This document shows positions 55,615-64,000 of a DNA stretch of 64,000 nucleotides, one piece after another. Every line of letters begins with the position of its first letter. Positions within the stretch are counted from its first letter, which is position 1. Location: NCBI GenBank assembly GCA_045538995.1, contig JAZQEK010000097.1, positions 48,482 through 112,481 of the forward strand, written 5' to 3'. This stretch comes from Acetatifactor sp. (GTDB taxonomy: Bacteria > Bacillota > Clostridia > Lachnospirales > Lachnospiraceae). The notes under the pieces are model-generated. The model was given only the letters and a program-made list of their open reading frames with translations. It was not told the origin of the DNA and searched no databases. Made by a program: the position numbers and the translations under genes.

Positions 55615-57750
55615 ATGAGAAATCGAGAATACGCCAAACAGAGAGCAAAAGAATTAGTAGCAAAGATGACCGTAGAGGAAAAAGCTTCCCAGCTTCGTTA
55701 TGATGCACCTGCTATTCCCAGATTGAATGTTCCTGCATACAATTGGTGGAATGAGGGCTTGCATGGTGTGGCGAGAGCCGGAGTAGCAACCAGCTTCCCT
55801 CAGGCAATCGGTATGGCAGCTACTTTTGATAAGGAGCTTTTAAAGGAAGTCGGTAATGTCATCAGTGTAGAAGGACGTGCCAAATACAATGCTTATGCAC
55901 AGGAGGAAGACAGAGATATTTATAAGGGTCTGACCTTCTGGTCTCCCAATGTGAATATATTCCGTGATCCCAGATGGGGAAGAGGTCACGAAACCTATGG
56001 TGAGGATCCCTATCTGACCGGTGAATTGGGTGAGGCTTTTGTGGAAGGCTTGCAGGGTGATGGTGAGTATTTAAAGGCAGCTGCTTGTGCTAAGCATTTT
56101 GCAGTACATTCCGGTCCGGAAGCACTGCGTCATCATTTCGATGCAGAAGTAAACGATAAGGATTTGTGGGAAACTTATTTGCCGGCATTTGAAAAGTTGG
56201 TGAAGAAGGCTAATGTAGAAGCAGTGATGGGTGCGTATAACCGTACCAATGGAGAACCCTGCTGTGGACATAAGGTGTTAATGGAGGATATTCTCCGCGG
56301 ACAGTGGGGCTTTGAAGGTCACTATGTTTCTGACTGTTGGGCAGTGAGAGATTTCCACACCAATCATATGGTAACTGCAACGGCAGAGGAATCCGCAGCC
56401 TTGGCATTGAAGACCGGCTGTGACGTAAACTGCGGAAATACTTACTTACATATGCTTTCCGCTTACGAGCAGGGACTGGTAACAGAAGAAGATATTACCA
56501 TTGCAGCAGAGCGTTTGTTTACCACACGCTTCCTGTTGGGATTATTTGATGAAACAGAGTACGACAATATCGGTTATGATGCGATTGAATGTAAGGAGCA
56601 TCTGGAACTGGCAGACAGAGCTACCGCAGAAGGTGTGGTATTGTTAAAGAACAATGGTGTACTTCCATTAAAGAAGGACGGTTTGAAGTCCATCGGTGTG
56701 GTTGGACCCAATGCCAACAGCCGTGTGGCTTTGGTAGGTAATTATCACGGTACTTCTTCCAGATACATTACCGTATTGGAAGGTATTCAGGATGCGGTGA
56801 ACGAAGACACAAGAGTCTATTATTCCGAAGGCTGTCACTTGTTTAAGGACAGAGTGGAGCATTTGGGTTGGAGACAGGATAGAATTTCCGAGGCAGTCAG
56901 TGTGGCAAAGAACAGTGATGTAGTGATTCTTTGTGTGGGACTGGATGAGACCTTGGAGGGAGAAGAAGGAGATACCGGTAACAGCTATGCTTCCGGTGAC
57001 AAGACGGACTTGCTTCTTCCGGAAGTTCAAAGAGAATTAATCGAAGCTGTGCTGAAGGTAGGCAAGCCTACTATCGTACTGAACATGACCGGTAGTGCCA
57101 TGGATTTGAGGTACGAGCAGGAGCATGCAGATGCTATCCTTCAGGTTTGGTATCCCGGTGCAAGAGGCGGTAAGGTCATCGCAGACATTCTCTTCGGTGA
57201 GTTGTCACCTTCCGGTAAGTTGCCCATTACCTTCTACAAGGATACCGCAGATTTGCCGGATTTCGAGGACTATTCCATGAAGGGAAGAACCTACAAGTAT
57301 CTTACCGGTGAACCATTGTATCCGTTTGGTTATGGCTTGAGCTATGGGGATGCGGCAATCGGAGCTGTTACGGTGAATGGTCAGGCTGTTGCAGGTGGAG
57401 CCGGTGTTGCAGTGGATACTTCCGCAGAAGTGACTGTAGCAGTTACAGTAGAGAATAAGAGTAATATTGCCTTAGGAGAGGTCGTTCAGATTTATATTAA
57501 GGATGTAAAGTCCGAGCATGCACCCACCGCCGGAAAGCTTTGCGGTTTTGCCAGAGTGAATTTGGCAGCAGGCGAAAAGAAGCAGGTCAGTGTTGTTTTG
57601 GACGAGGATGCTTTTACCGTGGTAAACAATCAGGGTCAGAAGATAAAGGATGGAAAGCAGTTTACCGTTAGTGTAGGCTTCGGTCAGGCAGATGCCCGTA
57701 CGGCAGCCTTAACCGGTAAGGAAGCAATCGTATTTACGGTAGAAGGATAA
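55615..57750 (+). CDS. GH3 beta-xylosidase
   Basis: WWNEGLHGVAR, RDPRWGRGHETYGEDP, CAKHFA, VSDCWA, EGEEGD and a fibronectin-like C-terminus. Confidence 0.9.
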   Translation: MRNREYAKQRAKELVAKMTVEEKASQLRYDAPAIPRLNVPAYNWWNEGLHGVARAGVATSFPQAIGMAATFDKELLKEVGNVISVEGRAKYNAYAQEEDRDIYKGLTFWSPNVNIFRDPRWGRGHETYGEDPYLTGELGEAFVEGLQGDGEYLKAAACAKHFAVHSGPEALRHHFDAEVNDKDLWETYLPAFEKLVKKANVEAVMGAYNRTNGEPCCGHKVLMEDILRGQWGFEGHYVSDCWAVRDFHTNHMVTATAEESAALALKTGCDVNCGNTYLHMLSAYEQGLVTEEDITIAAERLFTTRFLLGLFDETEYDNIGYDAIECKEHLELADRATAEGVVLLKNNGVLPLKKDGLKSIGVVGPNANSRVALVGNYHGTSSRYITVLEGIQDAVNEDTRVYYSEGCHLFKDRVEHLGWRQDRISEAVSVAKNSDVVILCVGLDETLEGEEGDTGNSYASGDKTDLLLPEVQRELIEAVLKVGKPTIVLNMTGSAMDLRYEQEHADAILQVWYPGARGGKVIADILFGELSPSGKLPITFYKDTADLPDFEDYSMKGRTYKYLTGEPLYPFGYGLSYGDAAIGAVTVNGQAVAGGAGVAVDTSAEVTVAVTVENKSNIALGEVVQIYIKDVKSEHAPTAGKLCGFARVNLAAGEKKQVSVVLDEDAFTVVNNQGQKIKDGKQFTVSVGFGQADARTAALTGKEAIVFTVEG

Positions 57751-57754
57751 GCAT

Positions 57755-60700
57755 ATGGCAGAGATTAAATTATTTAATCAAAACTGGACTTTTTTAAAGA
57801 CAGCTCTGGGAACGGAGCTGTCTGATATCTCTAACAGAGAGGGTTTCGTTCCGGTAGATATTCCACATGATTGGCTGATTTATCAGGCAAAAAATTTGTA
57901 CGAAAACAGTACCGGCTGGTATCGGAAGCTGGTGAATAAGCAAATTTTGCAGCCGGACGAGGGAGAAAGAGCGATTGTACGTTTCGACGGTGTGTACATG
58001 GACTCTACCCTATATGTAAATGAACAAAAGGTAGGCGACTGGAAATACGGGTACTCTGCATTTCAGTTCGATATTACGGATTATTTGACACAAGAAGAAA
58101 ACGAACTGCTGTTACAGGTACGCTTCCAATCTCCCAACAGCAGATGGTATTCCGGCGCGGGAATTTATCGAAACGTATGGTTAAAGGTTTATCCCAAGGT
58201 GTATTTGCCCTTGGATGGTACTTATGTTACCACCCGCTATTTAGACAAGGGAAATTATGTATTAGAAATAGAAACCGAATGTGACGGTGCAGTTACACAG
58301 AACATCACTTGTCACTACAGCCTGTATTTCCGAGGGGAATTGGTGGAGGATTTTGGCAGACAGGCTTTGACTGACTGCCAAGAGGCATATGGGGAGGCAA
58401 CACTGGCTTCTTCGAACGAGGCACAGCAGAATGCTTCGGAGGTTGGGAAACAGAAATTCACAGCCGAAACGAAGCACGGCTTTTGCTTCTGTAAAGAAAT
58501 CGAAACACCTTCTCAGTGGAGTTTGGAGGAACCCAATTGCTATCAGCTTTTGGCAGAGCTATATGATGGAGAAATACTGGTGGATACCCAGCAGGTTACC
58601 ATAGGTTTTCGGCGGATGGAGTTCGACCCGGCTACCGGATTTTACTTGAATGGCAAGTATGTAAAGGTTAATGGTGTGTGCGAACATCACGATTTCGGAT
58701 GTCTGGGTGCCGTATTCCACAAGGAAGCCATGCGTCGCAAGTTTGAAATCCTGCGTACCATGGGTGTGAATGCCCTGCGTACCAGTCACAATATGCCGGC
58801 AACCGAGCTTTTGGAGCTGGCAGATGAGATGGGCTTTTTGGTCATGGATGAGGCCTTTGATATGTGGGAGCGTTCCAAGACAGACTATGATTATGGACGT
58901 TTCTTCAAGGAATGGGCAGAAAGGGATGTACGTTCCTGGATACGCCGAGACCGCAATCATCCTTGCTTGTTTATGTGGTCCATCGGTAATGAAATTTATG
59001 ATACCCATGCAGATGAACATGGTCAGGAAATCACTCATAGACTGATTGGATTTGTGAGAGAACATGATCCTAAGGGGAATGCTGTGATTACCATCGGCTC
59101 CAATTTCATGCCATGGGAGAATGCACAGAAATGTGCGGATATTGTGAAATACGCCGGATACAATTACGGCGAGAAATATTATGAGCAGCATCATGCAGAG
59201 CATCCGGACTGGGTGATTTACGGTAGTGAAACTGCCTCCATGGTGCAGAGCCGAGGCGTGTACCGCTTCCCCTTGAAGCAGTCCATGCTGGCAGATGAGG
59301 ATGAGCAATGCTCTTCTATCGGTAATTCCAGCACCAGCTGGGGAGCAAAAAATATAGAAACCTGTATTTCTATGGATAGGGATATGAAGTTTAGCTTCGG
59401 ACAGTTTTTGTGGACGGGCTTTGATTATATCGGCGAGCCTACGCCCTATCACACGAAGAATTCTTACTTCGGACAGATTGATACGGCCGGTTTTGCAAAG
59501 GATCCTTTCTATGTATTTCAGGCGGAATGGACGGATGCCGGTCAGGCACCTATGGTACATCTGTATCCCTATTGGGATTTTAATGAAGGACAGCTTTTGG
59601 ATGTAAGAGCCTGTACCAATGGCTGCAGTGTGGAATTGTTTGTCAATGGTCAGTCTCAGGGAAAACAGGAAATCGACCACAAGACAGGCACAGTGCTTCA
59701 GGGCACTTGGCAGGTAGCTTACGAACCCGGTGAAATCACTGCTGTGGCTTATGATGAAGCAGGTGTGGAAATCGCCAGAGAAACCAGACATTCCTTCGGA
59801 GATGGTGTGAAGCTGACACTGGAAACCAATAAGCAGGTGCTTCGCGGAGATGGTGAGGATTTGGCTTTTCTCACCATTGGTGTGGTAGATGAGGCAGGCT
59901 ATCCTGTAGAGAATGCTATGGATTATGTAGAGGTACTGGTAGACGGCGCAGGCAGATTGCTTGGACTGGACAATGGTGACAGTACCGATTTCGAGGAATA
60001 CAAGGGAAATGTGCGTAAGCTCTTTAACGGAAAGCTGTTGGCTGTAGTGGCTTCTAAACCAGAGGTCGGAGAGATTACGGTTACGGTAAATGGTAAGGGA
60101 CTGGAAAGTGCTTCTTTGACACTGCAGGCAGAAGCGTCTTCCGTGCGGGAAGGTATCAGCGTTACAGAAGATTTGATGATACACCCTATGACACTTCCCC
60201 AGACCATACCGGTACGTCGTGTAGACATTAAAGCATTGGGTAGTACCACACTTACCCCGGAGGAAAACAGTGTGATTTTAGAAGCTCGGGTGCTTCCTTT
60301 ACAGGCACAGGATAAGGCTGTTCTTTGGAAGGTAGTAAATGATAATGGTATCGATATTTCCTTTGCAAAAATAGAGGTTTTAGACAGCGAGGGAGATGTG
60401 CAAAGAGCCAGACTGACTGCTATCGGAGATGGATGTTTTCAGGTGCGTTGCCTCTCAAAGAGTGGCACGGACAAGGTAAAACTCATATCCCAGTTGGATT
60501 TCCGTGCGGAAGGCATGGGGCAGGCATTTGTAAATCCCTATGAGTTTGTATCAGCAGGCTTGTTCAGCCGAAGCATTGGTGAAATTGGCAATGGCAATGA
60601 AAAAGGCATTGCAACTGCCCGAGATGGTGCCAGCGGTGTGGTTTTTGAGAACATTGATTTCGGCGAATACGGTTCCGATGAGCTGACCATTCCGGTATTT

Positions 60701-61297
60701 GCACTGGACAGTGAATGGCACAATATAGAGCTGTGGCTGGGAGTACCTGACGAGGATGGCAGTGAATTGCTTCACATCCTGAAGTATCAGAAGCCCTCCC
60801 GCTGGAATGTATATCAGGAGGATACCTGGAAATTGCCCAAGAGGCTCAAGGGTGTGCAGACCATTGCTATCCGCCTCCATGAAAAGGTACATATCAAGGG
60901 CTTTGTATTCAAACATTACGAAAAAGCCTACAGTCCCTTGTATGCGGCAGAATGCACCAAGGTATACGGAGATACCTTTACCTTGGAGGAACAGGCTATC
61001 ACCGGTATCGGCAACAATGTAACCGTTTTGTTTGATAATATGGATTTTGGAGAAAAAGGAGCTACAGGAATACAACTGACCGGACGTTCCAAGCTGGCAG
61101 GCAACACGATACATATCCTCTTCACTTCCGAGGATGGCGAGCTGCAACGAAGAGTTCTGGAGGTAAAGGGTACTGCAGATTACGAACCCCAGCACTTCTG
61201 CTTCGCTTCCCTTACCGGCAAAGGAAAAGTCGAATTCGTCTTCCTACCCGGCAGCGATTTCGATATGGAAAGCTTCTGCTTTTGCAAAGAACCCTAA
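57755..61297 (+). CDS. GH2 glycoside hydrolase (beta-galactosidase-like) with DUF4982/Ig and CBM-like C-terminal domains
   Basis: FDGVYM, SRWYSGAGIYR, GVCEHHD, RTSHN, WSIGNE, YGSET and WTGFDYIGEPTPY. Confidence 0.88.
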   Translation: MAEIKLFNQNWTFLKTALGTELSDISNREGFVPVDIPHDWLIYQAKNLYENSTGWYRKLVNKQILQPDEGERAIVRFDGVYMDSTLYVNEQKVGDWKYGYSAFQFDITDYLTQEENELLLQVRFQSPNSRWYSGAGIYRNVWLKVYPKVYLPLDGTYVTTRYLDKGNYVLEIETECDGAVTQNITCHYSLYFRGELVEDFGRQALTDCQEAYGEATLASSNEAQQNASEVGKQKFTAETKHGFCFCKEIETPSQWSLEEPNCYQLLAELYDGEILVDTQQVTIGFRRMEFDPATGFYLNGKYVKVNGVCEHHDFGCLGAVFHKEAMRRKFEILRTMGVNALRTSHNMPATELLELADEMGFLVMDEAFDMWERSKTDYDYGRFFKEWAERDVRSWIRRDRNHPCLFMWSIGNEIYDTHADEHGQEITHRLIGFVREHDPKGNAVITIGSNFMPWENAQKCADIVKYAGYNYGEKYYEQHHAEHPDWVIYGSETASMVQSRGVYRFPLKQSMLADEDEQCSSIGNSSTSWGAKNIETCISMDRDMKFSFGQFLWTGFDYIGEPTPYHTKNSYFGQIDTAGFAKDPFYVFQAEWTDAGQAPMVHLYPYWDFNEGQLLDVRACTNGCSVELFVNGQSQGKQEIDHKTGTVLQGTWQVAYEPGEITAVAYDEAGVEIARETRHSFGDGVKLTLETNKQVLRGDGEDLAFLTIGVVDEAGYPVENAMDYVEVLVDGAGRLLGLDNGDSTDFEEYKGNVRKLFNGKLLAVVASKPEVGEITVTVNGKGLESASLTLQAEASSVREGISVTEDLMIHPMTLPQTIPVRRVDIKALGSTTLTPEENSVILEARVLPLQAQDKAVLWKVVNDNGIDISFAKIEVLDSEGDVQRARLTAIGDGCFQVRCLSKSGTDKVKLISQLDFRAEGMGQAFVNPYEFVSAGLFSRSIGEIGNGNEKGIATARDGASGVVFENIDFGEYGSDELTIPVFALDSEWHNIELWLGVPDEDGSELLHILKYQKPSRWNVYQEDTWKLPKRLKGVQTIAIRLHEKVHIKGFVFKHYEKAYSPLYAAECTKVYGDTFTLEEQAITGIGNNVTVLFDNMDFGEKGATGIQLTGRSKLAGNTIHILFTSEDGELQRRVLEVKGTADYEPQHFCFASLTGKGKVEFVFLPGSDFDMESFCFCKEP

Positions 61298-61621
61298 AAA
61301 TCACTAATTTTCCATGCCAAACAGCAACAAACAGATAGGTTGTGAAACAGGAAAAAAACATTTATGATGGTGTTAAGAATTATTGTTCCGTATTTATTTG
61401 GTGGATTGAAGCAACTGAGCCTTCGGCAGGCTATACAATCACATAATACAACGTACAAAAACACAGGTGACGAAGAACTGTATGACAATGTCGGACATAC
61501 TTGTCCGACAAGTGGCATACAGTTAGAGGAGAATGTTTTTTGTCCGGTGTGTGAGTGATTGTATAGCTTGATGAAGGCGTAGGGACACCAATACGGAAGG
61601 TGAATAAAGGAGGAAACAGAA

Positions 61622-63091
61622 ATGTTTTATATTGGTATTGATTTAGGTACATCAGCAGTAAAACTACTCCTGATGGACGGCGAGGGAAACATCAAGAACA
61701 TCGTTTCTAAGGAGTACCCTCTGTATTTCCCCAATCCGGGCTGGTCTGAGCAGAAGCCTGAGGACTGGTACGAGCAGACCATGGTCGGTATGAAGGAACT
61801 GTTAGATGGCTTTGATAAGAGCCAGGTAGCAGGTATCAGCTTCGGTGGACAGATGCACGGTTTGGTTATTTTGGATAAGGATGATAATGTTATCCGTCCT
61901 GCCCTTCTCTGGAACGACGGACGTACCTTTGAAGAATGCGACTATTTAAATAACGTAATTGGCAAGGAGAAGCTGTCTGAGTACACAGCAAACATTTCCT
62001 TCACCGGTTTTACCGCACCTAAGATTCTCTGGGTAAAGAACAAGGAGCCTGAAAACTTTGCAAAGATTGCGAAAATCATGCTTCCCAAGGATTATATAGC
62101 ATATAAATTAACAGGTGTACATTGTACTGACGTTTCCGATGCTTCCGGCATGCTCATCTTTGATGTAAAGAATCGTAAGTGGTCCAAGGAAATGTGCGAT
62201 ATCTGCGGTATCACCGAAGACCAGCTGGCAACCTGCTATGAGTCTTACGAGACAGTTGGCACTGTGCTTCCTGCCATTGCAGCAGAACTTGGTATTCCTG
62301 AGACCGTAAAGGTAGCAGCAGGTGCAGGCGACAATGCGGCAGCAGCAGTTGGTACCGGTACAGTAGGTGATGGTATGTGTAATATTTCCCTGGGTACCAG
62401 CGGAACCATCTTTATCTCATCCAAGAACTTTGGCGTAGATAAGTACAATGCACTGCACTCCTTTGCACATGCAGACGGCAGCTACCATTTGATGGGCTGT
62501 ATGTTAAGTGCAGCAAGCTGTAATAAGTGGTGGATGGACGAAATCATCGGTACTAAGGACTATGCTGCTGAACAGAAGCAGATTGAGAAGTTAGGTGAGA
62601 ACCATGTATACTTCTTACCTTACCTGATGGGCGAGCGTTCTCCTCATAACAACCCCAACGCAAGAGGTACCTTTATCGGTATGACTATGGATACCACCAG
62701 AGCAGACATGACTCAGGCAGTGTTGGAAGGTGTTGCATTTGCTCTTCGTGACAGCTTTGAAGTTGCAAAATCTCTTGGTATCAAGATTGAGCGTACCAAG
62801 ATTTGCGGTGGCGGTGCAAAGAGCCCTCTTTGGAAGAAGATGATTGCCAGCATTTTGAATGTGAAGGTAGATGTGATCGAAAGTGAAGAAGGTCCTGCAC
62901 TGGGCGGTGCGATGCTGGCGGCAGTTGCTTGCGGCGAGTACGCAAATGTAGAAGAAGTGGCAGCAAAGATTGTAAAGGTAGTAGACACTGTAGAGCCTGA
63001 TGCAGAGCTGGTAGCGAAGTACGAAGAACGCTACAACCAGTTCAAGGAAATCTACCCTGCCTGCAAGCCTTTATATGAAATCATAAAATAA
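61622..63091 (+). CDS. xylB: Xylulokinase
   Basis: GIDLGTSAVK, GQMHG, LWNDGRT, TDVSDASG, GAGDNAA, PYLMGERSP and GGGAKS. Confidence 0.9.
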   Translation: MFYIGIDLGTSAVKLLLMDGEGNIKNIVSKEYPLYFPNPGWSEQKPEDWYEQTMVGMKELLDGFDKSQVAGISFGGQMHGLVILDKDDNVIRPALLWNDGRTFEECDYLNNVIGKEKLSEYTANISFTGFTAPKILWVKNKEPENFAKIAKIMLPKDYIAYKLTGVHCTDVSDASGMLIFDVKNRKWSKEMCDICGITEDQLATCYESYETVGTVLPAIAAELGIPETVKVAAGAGDNAAAAVGTGTVGDGMCNISLGTSGTIFISSKNFGVDKYNALHSFAHADGSYHLMGCMLSAASCNKWWMDEIIGTKDYAAEQKQIEKLGENHVYFLPYLMGERSPHNNPNARGTFIGMTMDTTRADMTQAVLEGVAFALRDSFEVAKSLGIKIERTKICGGGAKSPLWKKMIASILNVKVDVIESEEGPALGGAMLAAVACGEYANVEEVAAKIVKVVDTVEPDAELVAKYEERYNQFKEIYPACKPLYEIIK

Positions 63092-63103
63092 GGAGGAACC
63101 CAC

Positions 63104-63748
63104 ATGAAAGTATTATCCGTAAAAGACCCTGCTTTTAAGAAGTACGGAAAAGTTGTTGACAACGTAGACTTTACCCAGCTGATTGAAGCATTAAAGAACA
63201 CTCCTGTTCCGGAAGGCGTTGTTTATGAGCCCAGCGTAGCAGAGTTAGAAGCAACTCCGGTTATGGAGGCACTTACAACCGTAACCTATGGCGAAATGCC
63301 TATCCAGATTGGCTACTGCAATGGTCATAACTGCATGTTGAATGCATTGGAGTACCACAGAGATTCTGAAATCAATGTAGCAGCAACCGATGCAATTTTG
63401 ATGGTAGGTACTCTGGCAGATGTAGAAGCTGATTTTACTTATGATACCGCAAAGGTGGAAGCATTCCTACTTCCTGCAGGTATGGCAGTAGAAGTATATG
63501 CTACTACTCTCCACTACGCTCCCTGTGGCGTAGACGGTGCAGGCTTCCAGGTGGCAATCGTGCTTCCTAAGGGAACCAATTATCCCTTAAAGACCAAGCA
63601 TACTGCTGTTGCAGCAGACGGAACCGCACCCAATGAGGATGCTCTGATTACAGCAGTAAACAAGTGGTTAATCGGTCATGCAGAAGGCGGTTTGGATGCA
63701 GGAAGCTTCTTAGGATTAAAGGGCAAAAACTTAAATGTAAACGAGTAA
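63104..63748 (+). CDS. DUF4867 family protein
   Basis: IQIGYCNGHN, LNALEYHRDSEIN, YATTLHYAPC and NKWLIGH. Lies between xylB and the isomerase. Confidence 0.75.
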   Translation: MKVLSVKDPAFKKYGKVVDNVDFTQLIEALKNTPVPEGVVYEPSVAELEATPVMEALTTVTYGEMPIQIGYCNGHNCMLNALEYHRDSEINVAATDAILMVGTLADVEADFTYDTAKVEAFLLPAGMAVEVYATTLHYAPCGVDGAGFQVAIVLPKGTNYPLKTKHTAVAADGTAPNEDALITAVNKWLIGHAEGGLDAGSFLGLKGKNLNVNE

Positions 63749-63754
63749 AATGAT

Positions 63755-63783
63755 TTTACGAACAGTGCGAAATATAGTATAAT
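63755..63783 (+). promoter_or_regulatory. Internal sigmaA promoter before the isomerase gene
   Basis: TTTACG (63755-63760), 17-bp spacer, TATAAT (63778-63783). Confidence 0.5.
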
Positions 63784-63835
63784 GAATTCAAACATTAGTA
63801 GAAAAATTCTACATAATTTATAGGAGGACAAGACA

Positions 63836-64000
63836 ATGATTAATTTACCTAAAGTAAAAATTGGTATCGTGGCAGTTTCCCGCGACTGCTTCCCGGAAAG
63901 CTTATCCGTAAACAGAAGAAAGGCTGTAGTTGCTGCTTATACCGCAAAGTATGGTGCAGCTGATATTTACGAGTGCCCTATCTGTATCGTAGAAAGCGAA
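63836..64000 (+). CDS. L-fucose/L-arabinose isomerase-fold protein, probable XylA-II-type xylose isomerase (5' part only)
   Basis: AGGAGG RBS, then MINLPKVKIGIVAVSRDCFPESLSVNRRKAVV...YECPICIVESE running off the window end. Absent from the ORF track because it is truncated. Confidence 0.7.
   Translation, partial: MINLPKVKIGIVAVSRDCFPESLSVNRRKAVVAAYTAKYGAADIYECPICIVESE

Noticed and set aside
58559-60184. 541-aa minus-strand ORF
   Set aside because: It is entirely antisense to the well-supported GH2 gene and has no RBS or recognisable motifs, so it is treated as a shadow ORF.

Overview
64 kb of chromosome from a low-GC Firmicute. Gene content and GGAGG ribosome-binding sites point to Lachnospiraceae/Clostridia; this is an inference. 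No rRNA, tRNA, CRISPR-cas or phage structural genes were recognised. Layout: (i) 1-7.6 kb, a variable patch with a metallophosphoesterase end, HelD-like helicase, acyltransferase, SMI1/KNR4 protein, truncated lipoprotein, Rpn-family PD-(D/E)XK nuclease and CAP-domain protein. (ii) 7.75-12.9 kb, an NrtR-type NAD-salvage operon: pncA, short Prs-like, NAMPT-fold PRTase, nadE, nrtR, DUF4291. (iii) An AT-rich EamA/LysR pair and aroA. (iv) 17-64 kb, a large xylan/arabinoxylan utilisation region: GH8, SGNH esterase, GH115, four GH43, GH3, GH2, an AraC regulator, a MacB-like ABC exporter with two adaptor genes, a nine-gene uptake cluster (giant SBP, 4 permeases, NHL, Yip1, DUF5696, lipoprotein SBP), a U32-like paralog pair, and xylB-DUF4867-FucI-like isomerase. 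Best leads: (1) the NAD operon may be a chromosomal, ADP-ribose-induced, deamidated version of the phage NARP1 (Adps/Namat) NAD-reconstitution route; (2) two homologous phased palindrome arrays with a 52-53 bp period bracket a 16.5 kb xylan block as inverted repeats; (3) the SBP-NHL-Yip1-DUF5696 uptake machine, which to my knowledge is uncharacterised. All family assignments come from motif recognition by eye; no database search was run.
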